Positions 51,272-63,823 of a stretch of 64,000 nt of DNA are shown here, piece by piece (the stretch's first letter is position 1; each line of letters opens with the position of its first letter). The notes under the pieces were generated by a model. That model saw only the letters and a list, made by a program, of their open reading frames with translations. It ran no database searches and was not told where the DNA came from. Where the stretch lies: contig NW_019028980.1 in NCBI RefSeq assembly GCF_002105155.1, forward strand, positions 1,426,001 to 1,490,000. Direction: 5' to 3'. The position numbers and the translations under genes were made by a program. Source of the stretch: Lobosporangium transversale. Lineage: Eukaryota.

Positions 51272-53013
51272 GTCTGTTGTAGGAATGAAAAGAAATTGGA
51301 TAGATGGATGTATTTACAAATGGCGCAAAGAGAGGAAGTGAGACAAGGAAAAGATCGGATGCAATGTAAACGGGATTAGTACAGGAGTTGAGAAAGTGAA
51401 TGAGAATATTAGTGAGCACTTGTGTCTCCGGATAGAGTGAAAAAAGAAATGCGGATGAAGAAGGTCCAAATCAATGATCGACTAACAATGATCAAGTCTG
51501 AGAGAATAATAATGAAAAAAAAAAAAAAAAAAAAAAAAAAGTGTATGTGCGTAAAAGAGTGGAGAGAAAGAGACGATTGAAAGAATGTAATGTTTTTTGA
51601 AGAAGAAAAAGAACAGACACAACACGGATAAAGAAAAAGAATGCGGACTTGAAAGTCTCACCAACCCCCCCTCACATGCAGTCAAAAAAATAAATAAATA
51701 AAAAGTTTCGCTCTACCTGAGAGGACAAAAAACGTTAAAATAATTTGATTATTTTGACCATCTCCTGTCCAAAGAAGGTATGCTACTCCGATAGATGCAT
51801 GGTCAAATCAGCTATTGGTAGCAATGAACACCATATTCGGGCGTAGAGATGACCATCGTCTACTTGATCCAACATTCTTCATTCATCGGATCAAGTCATG
51901 TAAATATTATTTGTAGCACATGAATGTTCTGCAGAAAAAAGAAACCGGTAACCACACAAGTAATAGACCAAGTCAACGTAGCAATAGTGTGATGAAGAGT
52001 GCGAATGAAATATGTAATCTCTTGGAATATGAATATCTTTAAAAATAAAAAAGGAGTGATGAAGAGCAAAAAGTGTATGAATAAGGGTGAGATTTGTGGT
52101 GTAAGCTTGAGGATAAAATAAAATAAGGGTGAATGCAAAAAAAAAAAACGCCGTGGGCGTGGGAAGGGCACAAACAAGAAGGATATACAATAACCAGGTG
52201 CAAACGAGTTTTTCAAGCCATCCCGACCAAGATCTTGTGTTGCTGTTGCTGTTGAAAAGATCAAGTGCGGATGATTGTTGTAGTTGTTCAAATTACCTGT
52301 CTGATTCCTATTCAGGTTCGTCTAGATTCAAATATTATAACATGCAAATGAGAAAACCGAGGTCTCGCTTTTCAATTTGAATGTGTATAGAAAGGGTCTT
52401 TCCTATGAGATTCCTTTTTTTTTGTTTTTTTTTCTTTCTTTCTTTCTTTTCCTACTACTGATGAGAAGAGTAGAGGAAGTAATGACAAGATTTGCAAGTT
52501 GACAAGGGAATTGACCAATTAGTGATGGGCAATGAAAGATCAACCACAGAAAAGAGGAGAGGAATGGGCGGGAGAAGACAAAGAGATTGCAAAGTTCGAA
52601 GATCAGTCCAAATAGCACGGGCCGAAAAAATCGGTCCTCATGCTCTTTGAACTGACATCGAATTAACACGCACGCATATCTCAATCTTGAAATCTCAAGA
52701 GGCCAAGCCACTCCGGACACCTCGGGAATTCAAGGACCGCATCTTAACGCCAATAATTACCCTTGCGGGTCGAGTTCCACTCAGAAGTGGACTGATCTCT
52801 AGGATTGTTCAGTCTCTGGAGGACTCCAAAATGAATACGCAATGATATTTTCAAACGACCCTGCATTAACGCATTATTTCTTGTACTCTTTCAAAACTTC
52901 TCGTTGACGTGGTGATGATGAATAATTTTTTCATTTGATTTAATCCCCTCCTTTTTTTTTTTTTGCAAAGTACAGCAACTAAAGAAACTATCGACACCCT
53001 TGATATTCATTGC

Positions 53014-54446
53014 TCATACACCTTGGTTCTTTTTGAGACGATCCTCGAGATCATCCAGCTCCTTTGTCAGCTTGGCAGGGAAACGATCGCCAAAGCGCTT
53101 AAAGTATTCGCGTGCCTTATTCACTTCAGAAAGGTATGCCTCTCCGTCCACCTTTAACAGATTCATCATCACATCACCCTGCACTTGCTTCTCAATCCCT
53201 TGAAGATCAAGCGACTCAGGTTTAGGGACGTAACCAATTGGTGTAGATGTAAACAGGCTCTTGTCATCAGGCCGCTCCAAACGGTCCACAATCCATTTTA
53301 GTACCCTATCAGGATAGGATGCATGAAAAATACAAAACAAACGCCGTAGATTATTTCGTCAGAATTGTACTGACAGTCATTGGAGCGTCAGTGGACATTT
53401 CAGACAGTAAATAAACAAAAACCAAATACCTCGAATTGTCACCAAATCCGGGCCACATAAAGGAGCCTTTGGCGTCCTTGCGGAACCAGTTGACGTGAAA
53501 GATTTTGGGCAACTTGGATGGGTCCTTGACGCGATTTGGCATCGAAAGCCAATGGCTAAAATAGTCACCCATGTTGTATCCAGCAAACGGAAGCATGGCA
53601 AATGGGTCAAACCTATACACGAATGAATAATATCGAAAGTCAGGCCTTCCACTTTTATTAGGATCATTTAAGCCTTGTGACCATATCCCCTTCGCTTACC
53701 TCAACTGTCCCAAATCGCTTCCTTCCGCAGCAGCGGTTTTTTCACTAGCGACAGTGGCGCCTACAAGAACACCGTGGTTCCAGTCCTTGGTCTGGAACAC
53801 AAGTGGTACTGTCTTCTCCCGTCGGCCCCCAAAAATGATTGCAGAAATAGGTACACCGTTTGGATCATCCCAAGCTGGATCCTTAACTGGGCATTGATCC
53901 AAAGATACAGTGAATCTTGAATTTGGATGAGCTAATGGGGTACCTCGTTCACCCATGGATGGCTCCCATACCTCGCCTCTCCAATTGATAACTTTGCCTT
54001 CTGGTCGGGCCTTTGTCATCCCTTCCCACCAAACATCCCCCTTTTCTGTGAGAGCAACATTAGTGAAAAGAGTGTTTTTGTAAATAGTCTCCATCGCATT
54101 AGGATTAGTTTTGGCTGAAGTGCCAGGAGCAACGCCAAAGAAACCCGCTTCAGGGTTGATGGCATATAAACGTGAATCTTTAGGATTAAACTTCATCCTA
54201 ACAGGAATTGTAATGTGAGGTAAGATCATTGTCTAATAGGAAGATTTCAATCGCTTAGTAACACATGCTCCCAGTAAATAAGCATACCAATTAATATCAT
54301 CGCCGACAACTTGAACCTTCCATCCAGGTAGTGTTGGCTGAAGCATGGCTAGATTTGTCTTGCCACATGCACTATTTTAGACATTTGGGATAATCTTTAG
54401 CTCTAAAATTACCGAATAGAGGGTTCATACAAGGTGAAGTGCAAGG

Positions 54447-54481
<35 letters not shown>

Positions 54482-56338
54482 CCCTACCTTGGAAAAGCTG
54501 CTGCAACATAGTATTTTTTGCCTTCTGGACTTGTGAGTCCCAAAATAAGCATATGCTCTGCCAAAGAACCCTCATCACGGGCCATTACTGAAGCGATTCT
54601 TAATGCTAAGCATTTTTTGCCCAATAGCGAATTTCCTCCATATCTAATAATAAAGGACGTAATCATGAGCACCCCATTCTTAGGATTCGAAAAATGGCTA
54701 GTTCAAAAGGATTTGGTCCGCAGGCTTAAGAATTAAATATTCCATACCCACTACCAAAGCTCCAAATCTCACGCGATTCAGGAAAGTGAACCACTTTTCG
54801 CTGGGGTATATTACAGGGCCATAAAACGTCTTTTTCCCCAGGCTCCAATGGCTTTCCCACTGAATGTACACATGGTACGAATTCATTATCAGTACCAAGC
54901 GCATCCAAGACTGGCTGGCCAATTCGTGTCATGATGCGCATATTGACCACTACAAACGGCGAATCAGTGACCTTCACCGTATAAGAAAGAATTAAAGATG
55001 CATATTAGAGCAGTAGAGCAGGAGTGATGCGATAGGCAATTGCGTTAAGTGTACAAGGATGTATCCATATTTACCTGCACACCGATTCGAGCAAGAGGTG
55101 ATCCAATTGGCCCCATACTGAACGGAATGACATACATAGTTCGGCCTAGCGTTACCATGAGTAAATAAGGATCAAACATGGTAAACTTTCGTGTGTGTGT
55201 ACCGATTATGGTTGTACAATGAAACTGGATAATTACCTCTCATGGAGCCACGGAAGGATCTCTCAAGTTCAACACGCATCACATTAGGGTCAACCCAGTT
55301 ATTTGTTGGACTAAAAATGGAGGAGGAAAAGCGATTACAAAAGCGTTGAGGATACAGTGATAAATTTGATGATCTGTAACACCATGTTGATGATTGACGA
55401 AATAAACTCATCTTGCAGTGCAGAAGATGTTAGACATCCATCTTATATGATAACATAATATATTACCCTGCATCAATTTGACGCTGACTACAAATAAATG
55501 TTGAACTTTCAGACCGAGCAACATCAGATATATCTGTCCTTGTCAAGTAAGATCCCGGACGTAGCTTGCTGTTCAGCGGAATCATGACTCCTCTGTCGAC
55601 TAGATCATTGACGAGGCTTTCATATTCTTCTTGAGATCCATCACACCAATGGACATTGTCAGGCTCGAGTAGGGACTGTTGCGCTCGGATCCAACCAATG
55701 AGCTTCGGGTGGTCTGTGGGCAACGATGACGCTAACTCTGGGTCAGGTTGCGAATGTTGCTGCTGAAGTGTAGCCGATGCAGAAACTGGAGATGTATGGC
55801 TAGCGAAGAGAGTTTGTCGAGACACAGGTTTAGAAATGGCGCCTAATAGACGGACTTGAATCGAGGCACAGGAGCTCCTACTGGATGGTATTCTGGAAGT
55901 AGCGCCTCTCTTGCCGGAGGTTAGGAGCGAGGTCGTGTGCAACGGCCGTGTGGTAATCGCTGCATCTGGAAATCCAAGGCTTGGCCGTGGAACTGCGACG
56001 CCAGCCTTGACCAGCCGCGCAGAAATGGAAGGTCTAGTTCAATAAAGTATCCGAATCCAGTTAAGGTGTTCTCAGTAAAAAATCTCTGTCCTTTTTTTTT
56101 TTTTTTTTTTTTGAAGGCCTTCAAATAACACAGACCACATTCAACGTAGTGCAAAGTCCACTTTTTTTTTTTTTTATTGAGCGCAGGGATGGGATATCCC
56201 AGAACTGCAGACAGCGGAGTGCCAAAAAAAAACAAGCTTCCGCTGCCTGTGACTGCAGTGTGGGGTAGCAGACTGGCACTCATTGTTCATTCGTTCAACA
56301 ATGAATGAAAGAAGAAATGCTTACCTTAGGAAAATCAT
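53014..56338 (-). CDS. Phosphoenolpyruvate carboxykinase, GTP-dependent family, with predicted mitochondrial presequence; ~10 exons
   Basis: [114 protein letters not shown] and FHVNWFRKD. Exon 1 ATGATTTTCCTAAG|GTAAGC at 56338-56325 splices in frame to 56033. Confidence 0.93.
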
Positions 56339-57531
56339 AAATTAAAGTAATGCTTGAGAGAAATATTATGGTTTAGTTGGCTCTATATTGCCTAGGGTAA
56401 ATGAAAAAAAGTAGTTTTTTACAAAGAGGGGAGGAGCCAAAAACGAAGCAAAATAAGGGGAAAAGTTGGATTTGGATGGGTTGAGAAGTATGAAAGAAAA
56501 TAAAAAGATAGGAAAAGATGAAGAAGGAAGAAGAAAAGAGAAAAGGCGTCAATGAGGGTGGAAGCAGCTATATCCTCGACGTATTGGGATGCAAAATTGG
56601 AAGTGCAAAGGAGACGAGGCGCAAGCGTGGTAAAAAAAACTCATCATCAAATGTGGTCTGACCTGCACTTGCAAAAAAAAAAAGGTAATGCCAGGAACTG
56701 GGTCAAATGGAAAGGATATGTAAAAACCAAAAAGCAGGAGTAAAGGGGGTCTACATCATTGAAGAGGTAATGCCATTCGTATTCATTGTTTTTGTACCGA
56801 GCATTCATGGCTGGAGAACATGTTCCTTGACATGTTTCCAGAAGAGGTTTTTTCTTTATGAGCATTGCTCATTTCTGTCCGCCTTCTAATATCGTCGATA
56901 CTCATCTGATGCTTGTAATAATTGTAATAGCAATAGGACGAACACTCTCATTCGCTTTTTTTCTTTTTCCTTTTTTCTCACGACACATTGAAACGCCGGC
57001 AGGACCTCTGCCGATGACACAGTTATACACAGGACGACAGTCTTTAAATAGGTACTAATATGAACTATCCTCATACTTCGCTTGTTTTTTGTTTATCCCC
57101 TTCTCTGTCCCTTTTTTTTACCCCACATTATCTACTAATTTTCTTTCATTTTGCCTTTTTTGGTCTTTTCTTTCTTTCTTTCAGTGGTGGTGAAAAGGCT
57201 ATACCCAGCTCCTTTTCCCTCTTCCACATGCGCACTCAAATATTGGCATGTCAACTTGGGCCCTCTCTTATTTCTATTGAATCTTCTTTAAAGGCATTAG
57301 AGGTATTTTGCCCACGGAGACTCAAAACTGGCAAGCAAAATATACACGCGCATTGACCGTTCCTTCTTGCCTTCCTTGAGACCCCAAGGTTCAGCTTCTT
57401 CCTCTCCCCTTTTTTTGTGTTTTTACAATATTAAAAAAAAAAAAGAAATAAAAACAACAAGACTTGTCCCCGTGAGGTCTGTTCTGCCCTCGTCCCGACT
57501 TCTTCCGAAACGTTCAACGTGGAAGGCGCTT

Positions 57532-57541
57532 ATCACGTGAC
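57532..57541. promoter_or_regulatory. E-box ATCACGTGAC (bHLH site) in a GC-richer island ~1.2 kb upstream of PEPCK
   Basis: Motif visible in the sequence; function not demonstrated. Confidence 0.3.
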
Positions 57542-58181
57542 ATAACCTGCGGTTCATTGACAAGGTGCGTTACACTCTTGCCGAGCCCGAATGGGGCCAT
57601 GCATCAAGTTGAACAGCCCTTTCAATTTGGGGGGAGGCTCAAGTAAGGCCATATTTCTGGTGTATGCGCGAGCTTCCTTAAAAACCGCGCCGAGATAATG
57701 GAGGGAATGTACTTGATTAAGCTCCATTTTTTTTCTTCACAGTTTTGAAATGTGTTAGAGCGTGGGAGGCCTCTTGAAGCCATCAATTATACCATCTAAT
57801 AGAGAATGCTCTAGAGGTCTGGCCTCCTGGCAGTGTAACAAAAAAAACATTTGAGATCAATGAAAACTATCATGCAGATCTCTATCATGTAAGCAAGGAT
57901 TTATGTATCGCATATGCAAGATCCACAAGGGCTCACTTGAATGAGTTGGATTCTTTTTTGTCTTTTTTCTTTCAAGATTATTATTACTATTAGTGCTTCA
58001 TTTTGAGTTTGCTATAGATGAACATGAATGGGTTTTGAATGAATACAAAAAGAAAGAAAAAAAAATGTTGGACTACACTGATAAAAAAAAATAAGAGTGA
58101 GATGGAGGAAAAATACAACACCATTTTAATCAAATGGTTGAGGGGAGCAAAGTCCTCATAATAAAAAAAAAAAAACATATT

Positions 58182-59230
58182 TTAGATTTTCTGGCCACCT
58201 CCCACACGGGCATGAAGCACGCGCTGGTATGAGACAAGGCAGACGCAGAAGTAGTATTGGAGCAATCCTGCGATGAGGAGGTTGACGATCCACCAAGCCC
58301 AGTTAAGGTAAAAGCCATTAGCCACAAGGATGATCATTTGAAGAAGATTCAGTGCGAACCAGATGATTGAGCAGACGATGAACATCTTGATGAAACGATC
58401 GACAAAAACTGGGTTCTCCTTGTAAATACCAACGAAACCGTATCCCGAAACGACAGCAATCATGATATAAATGACTCCAAAGATGATATAACTAATGTAG
58501 ACGCCGACTAGAGAGAAGAGATTAAAAGAGAGACGATTTAGATATTGAGCTTTAGGTAGCAATCAATATAGTTTAGAGATGACTGAAAATACAATGTTAC
58601 AAAGTCCTTACCGAAAATTCCCCAGGAGAACAGGTTAATACCCAAGTATCCGTAGTAGATGGTCATGACTGCGGCAATAATCAAGGCTCCGGTGTGCAAG
58701 GGGAAGCACAGACAGCACTCTTTCAGTTGGGGCATCTTGCCAGTCAAACCGGTTCCGTCGCCAGTGATGACAGGCGAATCCGTGGTGGTCTCAGTTGTGA
58801 CAACAAATGTCTGTGGCTGCTGCTGGATAGGGGCCTGTTGTGCATAGTAGACTCCCTGCTGCTGTTGCCCATCTAATGGCTTTTGTTCATAACCAGGTTG
58901 AGCGTATACGGTACCAGGCACAGGCGATGCTGTGGTATAGACAGGTTGGGAAGCCTGAGCAGGGACAGGCGACTGGGCTGCATAGAAAGGTTGTGTCAAT
59001 GTTGTGCCGTCAGCTGTACCGGGCTGTGGGCTGTATTGCTGATAAGGTGTACCAGGCTGTTGGTAAGGTGTGCCAGGCTGTTGGTAAGGTGTATCAGGCT
59101 GTTGATAAGGTGTGCTAGGTTGCTGTGGTGTGACATACTGATATTGTGCTTGTGTGCCATCAGGGTTTACTACGCCGCCAGCTGGAGCAGGGCTGTAGTA
59201 GATGGGTTGCTCTGGTGGAGGGGCAGACAT
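58182..59230 (-). CDS. Uncharacterised multi-pass (about 4 TM) membrane protein with P/Q/Y-rich repetitive N-terminus; intron 58508-58611
   Basis: N-terminal YQQPGTP repeats, then a CCLCFPLHTGALIIA Cys-cluster followed by hydrophobic segments; exons join in frame via GT-AG. Confidence 0.8.
59035..59125 (-). repeat. Coding 21-bp tandem repeat (~4 copies) encoding heptad P-x-T-P-Y-Q-Q
   Basis: Units resembling GCTGTTGGTAAGGTGTACCAG are visible on the + strand. Confidence 0.85.
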
Positions 59231-60402
59231 GGTTGTAGTAAAATGTTATATATGCAAGAAGGAGGAAGCGGCGTAGAGTAAGAGAAACAGAGAGAGGACG
59301 GAACAAGAAAAAAAGAAAAAAAATAAGCACGATTCGTGGACCTTAAATACCAAAAGTGGATGCGAAGGGACTAGACAAATCTAAAATGAATGACCAGGTG
59401 GGGGCGAGATATGCGCCGGCGCAGAATGTGTCAAACGAGCTTGGGCGGTCCTCTGTGGTTTCTGCAGAAGGTTATGACAAAAATTGCTCTCAATAGAATA
59501 TTCAATCACAAAAATATCAACAACCATGCGCATCCGCTGTTGGTGCTGTTCCATCCAACCATGCAGGATGAACAGATGGTGCGATTGTTCAAAAAAAGAA
59601 AAAAAAGAGAGCAAAAAAAAAAAAAATTTAACAATGGCACGTTTGCAAACATGATGAAGCATAAAAAAGTTTGTACACCCGCATCCATTCACTCACTCCA
59701 AACTCTCATGATCGTATCGACTCTTGTGCATTAGGCATCGTCGCATTGTCTCTTTCTTGAGCTTGTGCAAGCATTTTTGTGTTCAAGGGCAAATTCTGCA
59801 GCAAACTTCGACCTGACTAATAAGGTTGCTCTACACTCGGGTGGTACGTTTGGCCACATTTCCGTTTCAATTCATTTATTTATTCCTCATGATATCTGGT
59901 TATGAATGCCGTCTTTCTTTTATAAAGTTAAGCCAGGTTAAGGAAAGAAAAAGAGTCAACTTTTAGACTAAAGAGTAGAAGGGTACTACGCTCTTGCTTA
60001 ATATACTACGCCATACAGATACAGATCAAAGATACACAATTAACGGTTTTTATGACTCGATACAGCACTTTACTTTTTTATATTTTTTTTTTTTTTGTAT
60101 TTTGCACTGCCACTGGTCAATCTCTCTCTCTTTCGGCGACATCTTTGTTTATTTGCCACTCTAATTTAGCTCATTGATTAAATAACACTAGAAAATTTAT
60201 TGTGAATATGCTCGGCTCAAACACCTAATGAGCTTAATCTTTCTTTTAGAGTTTTTTTCTTTGACCGCAGTTCGAATTACGGCTCTTGGGTTGGTTTCAA
60301 TCATTTTGCCACTGTTTTCTTAAACCATTATTACATGCACATTGTTCTGAGCACAATCCCACTCTACCTCTCGCATATTTTCTTATTTCTCGGGCTTTAA
60401 AG

Positions 60403-60434
<32 letters not shown>

Positions 60435-61641
60435 ACAGACAATACAGATTGGTCAAAGATGATCGAATGAAGGTGTTTTAGGGAGGAAAAGGGATGAGAA
60501 GAGCGTATGCATTTAATTGTTTTTGTTTATTGTTTTAATAATCCGTTCCAGGCCCAGTCATGTCTCTGTCTTTGTTTATCCTCCGTCGCCCCGAGCGTGC
60601 TCTCCCTTTTTTGTTATTGCCACGACATTCGACTCTTGAATGGCTCTGACTGGTCAACAAAAAAAGAAAATCTTTTCTTGTGTGTATACAAATATGCATT
60701 CATACATCAACAGTCCGTTCGTCTCTGTTAGTCTTAACAAGCAACTTCCACACAGAAACCTCTCTCTGTGATCATAAAAAAGAAAAAGCTTTATCTTAAA
60801 AGGAATCCAGTCAATTGCTCTGCATAGTTTTTGTCCACATGTCATGACGCTTTCTATACCTATTCTATTATTTATGAGCATTCATCTCAGTCGGAGTGGT
60901 GTTTGATAAATAAAATCAGTAATGGTATGTAACAAAAAAAAAAAAAACCAGCTATCAATGCACAACTTTACAGGAGCACACATCAACATGGGTAAACGCC
61001 TTCCACAGGACTTCATATGAAGTTACTATATCAAATGCACGCCTTCTTCATTTCCGGACAAAATAAACAAAAAAAACTTAGATGTACAAACAAGGCAAAC
61101 AAGACAAACAAAATAGTCATCGTGTGAACATGAGGAAGAGGAAGAGGACAGTGACCCTCTCTCCACAAAATCCAAAACTCCAATCTCTCAATCCTTCCAT
61201 GTTTATTAACTAAAAAAAAAAAAAAAGAAAAGTCGGGAGGAGCTTAAGAACGCCAGGTGAAGTTTGAAGAGTTCTATTAAAGGAAACACTCAATGTTTTG
61301 TTGTCAGAAGCGAAAATCGAACATCTTCCTTGCGCATTGCAGAATTAGAGAGAGAGGTCCTAGTAAATAAACAGACCGCATCGAAAGTTCCGATATTCCA
61401 TTTTTCCGAAACTCCAAAAATAACCCTGCAAATATGTGCTGAGCATGGATGGATGTCGCAGCGAAGAATCGAGAACGAGGTGTGCAAAACAAATGGCGGC
61501 TACTGATGTATTGTAACTATTAGGGTACAGTGTTGGAAAATGAGAACAGCACGGCCACAGAAGCGTTGATTTTTCCGCAACGGTTGATGTAACTGATCAA
61601 GGAATGTGTGCTGAGCCTCCCTAAACTTAGTTATAGCAATT

Positions 61642-61680
<39 letters not shown>

Positions 61681-61809
61681 CATATCGACCTTTCCTAATG
61701 ATATTCCGCGAAATAAGAAACAAAAACAGAGAGTAAAAAAAAAAAAAAAAAAAAAAAAGACAGAAATATATATTGGTACATGTTGACAGCATTCTATCAC
61801 TCTATCAAA

Positions 61810-63002
61810 CTACTTCTTCTTCTTCAACATTTGGTATTCTTGATCTCGCCGCTCATCCGTTCGTTGCAAGAAGGCAACTTTTTCCATATATCCATCCTTG
61901 TTATGATGCTTTAGTTCGTCTTCAATGCCTTCCTTGCCCACGAAATTCTTCCAGTCCAGCTTGGATTTTTCTAACGTGTTCATCTTTGGAGGTTTCTTTA
62001 CACCATAGGTCGCAGCTAATTCATCCAATGTGGATTTCTTGCGAACATACCGAACAGGTCCCTTCTTGGCCAGAGTATCGAGAATTGAAGGACGGGTCAC
62101 TACGCGTGGACCTGATACTGCTGTTGTTGTTGTTGTTGTTAATGATGATGACGGCGATGCTGGTGATAATGATGATGAAGGCGTTGTTACAGTCGTTGTT
62201 GAGTTTGATAAGTCTGATATATCTGCTGTAGGATTGACAGTTGTTGTGAGTATCGAATCTGTTGGTTCATTTGTATCCGCAATAACTGAAGTCGAGGTCG
62301 ATGATAATTCAGTGGTCGTGTCTTCTGTGTCTATAGATGTGGCTTGCGGAGTGGTTTCCATCCCTGTCTTGTTCTTTTGCATAAACTCCTTTGCTTCCTT
62401 AGAATCCTCAGGGACATCTTTGGTCACTGTTACGGTCTCTCCCGCAAAATCATATGTCGTTGTGATGGTAACCATCTTGCCTGATGACGATGGTGGCTTA
62501 TTTTCTGTCTTTGCTCCAAATCCAGATGTAGCTGCCATTAAAAGTTCGGGGCGCGAGGCTGGTTTTGATACAGGAGCATTCATCTCTTCCCAGAGAGCGT
62601 CTAGTCGACTCTTTTTAATCTGTGCTTCTGCTTGACTAATTGTGTCCTCTGGTTGAGGTCTCTTGTTTTTATTTGCGTCATTCAAAGAAGAAGAAGACTT
62701 TGCACGCCGCTTTCCTGAACGGGTAGTTGAAGCATCTTCAATATCTTTGCCATATCCTGCGCCATCATTTTGTTCCGCATCCGTATCATCACTGTCATCT
62801 TCTCCTTCACTCTGAATATCGGCTTTATCTGTATGTTTTTTAAGACAAAGGTTTAACAATTGTTAAAAAAACAGCCCTTCCATCTTTTGTTGTTCATTTG
62901 GTTCATGCACTTGCCATCGGGAACATAATCCTCATCGTCACTAGAGTCCGAATCAGACTCAACATCAGGCTTTGCAGGCTTTTCTACTGCTGCTTTGGCC
63001 AT
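61810..63002 (-). CDS. SWC5: SWR1-complex protein Swc5 / CFDP1 (BCNT domain); GC-AG intron 62829-62914
   Basis: Acidic N-terminus [20 protein letters not shown], and BCNT domain [40 protein letters not shown]. Confidence 0.92.
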
Positions 63003-63226
63003 GGATGCGATTAGGAATGTTTAGCAAAAGGTGATGTAGCGTAGCGAGATAACAAGTAACAAAAAAAAGGTTGTTGTGATCCTCAAACAAAGGTGTGTAA
63101 TACAAGATGTGGCTTTTTCTTTTCTCTTCGCTTCCGCCCAAAAAAAGAAAAAGTTGATCTCCGTCCCTGAATTACTTGAACAAATTTCCCATTCTCCTTT
63201 CAAAAAAAAAAAAAAAAAAAAAAAAA
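63003..63226. promoter_or_regulatory. Probable bidirectional promoter (SWC5 / LYRM)
   Basis: Head-to-head ATGs are ~225 bp apart. Confidence 0.45.
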
Positions 63227-63823
63227 ATGTCTGGAGCTACTGTTACCAATAACGGAGGAGTTTTGCCCCAAGCAAAGAGGGTATTACAATTGTACAGGAA
63301 GCTTTTGAAAATCGGTAAGGCTATGCCAACCGAAACACGCTCTGCACTGGTAATGTCCCGAGTCAAGGCAGATTTCAGATCCAATAAAGCAGAGAAGGAT
63401 CCACAGGAGATTGAGAATATGATCCAACTTGCAGAAATCCAGGTTGATAACCTCGAGGTTAGTCTTTTTTTTTTTATTTTTTTTATTTTTGTCATCCTAG
63501 TGGAACGTGTCTTCTCATTTTATGTCATGCTTTTTTAGATCCAAAGAGAGCACCTTACAGAGTTGTCCAAGAATCCCAATCTAATTATCCCAGTAGACAT
63601 TTATAAGAACGCTAAGCCAAGGATTTCTCGATTCATGAAAGGTCCACCTCTGAGTTGGGAACGCAAAGCTGCACAGGAGGCTAAGGATAGAGACAGGCTC
63701 ACACAACAACAACACCAACAACACCAACAACAACCGCAACAACAAAAACCTGTAGGATCGACAGGATCCGAAAAACTTCATCATGGATCACCCGGACATA
63801 GCTGCCAGAACCATAAACACTGA
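63227..63823 (+). CDS. LYR-motif (Complex1_LYR) protein; intron 63458-63538
   Basis: VLQLYRKLLK...RVKADFRSNK..DPQEIENMI, with a Gln/His-rich C-terminal tail. Confidence 0.8.

Noticed and set aside
52960..53016. Stop-codon readthrough or cryptic peroxisomal PTS1 extensions (checked for PEPCK and other stops)
   Set aside because: No TGA-CTA context and no SKL-like terminus after readthrough.
55921..56283. 120-aa ORF as PEPCK N-terminus
   Set aside because: It is out of frame with the PEPCK exon and contains poly-Lys from A-runs; it lies largely in intron 1.
61526..61552. TA-CAGTGTTGGAAAA Tc1-like terminal repeat start
   Set aside because: No matching inverted copy or transposase found nearby.
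48301..63823. Functional cluster of mitochondrial genes (FZO1, PEPCK, LYRM)
   Set aside because: They are interspersed with unrelated genes, with no shared pathway or motif evidence; compatible with chance.
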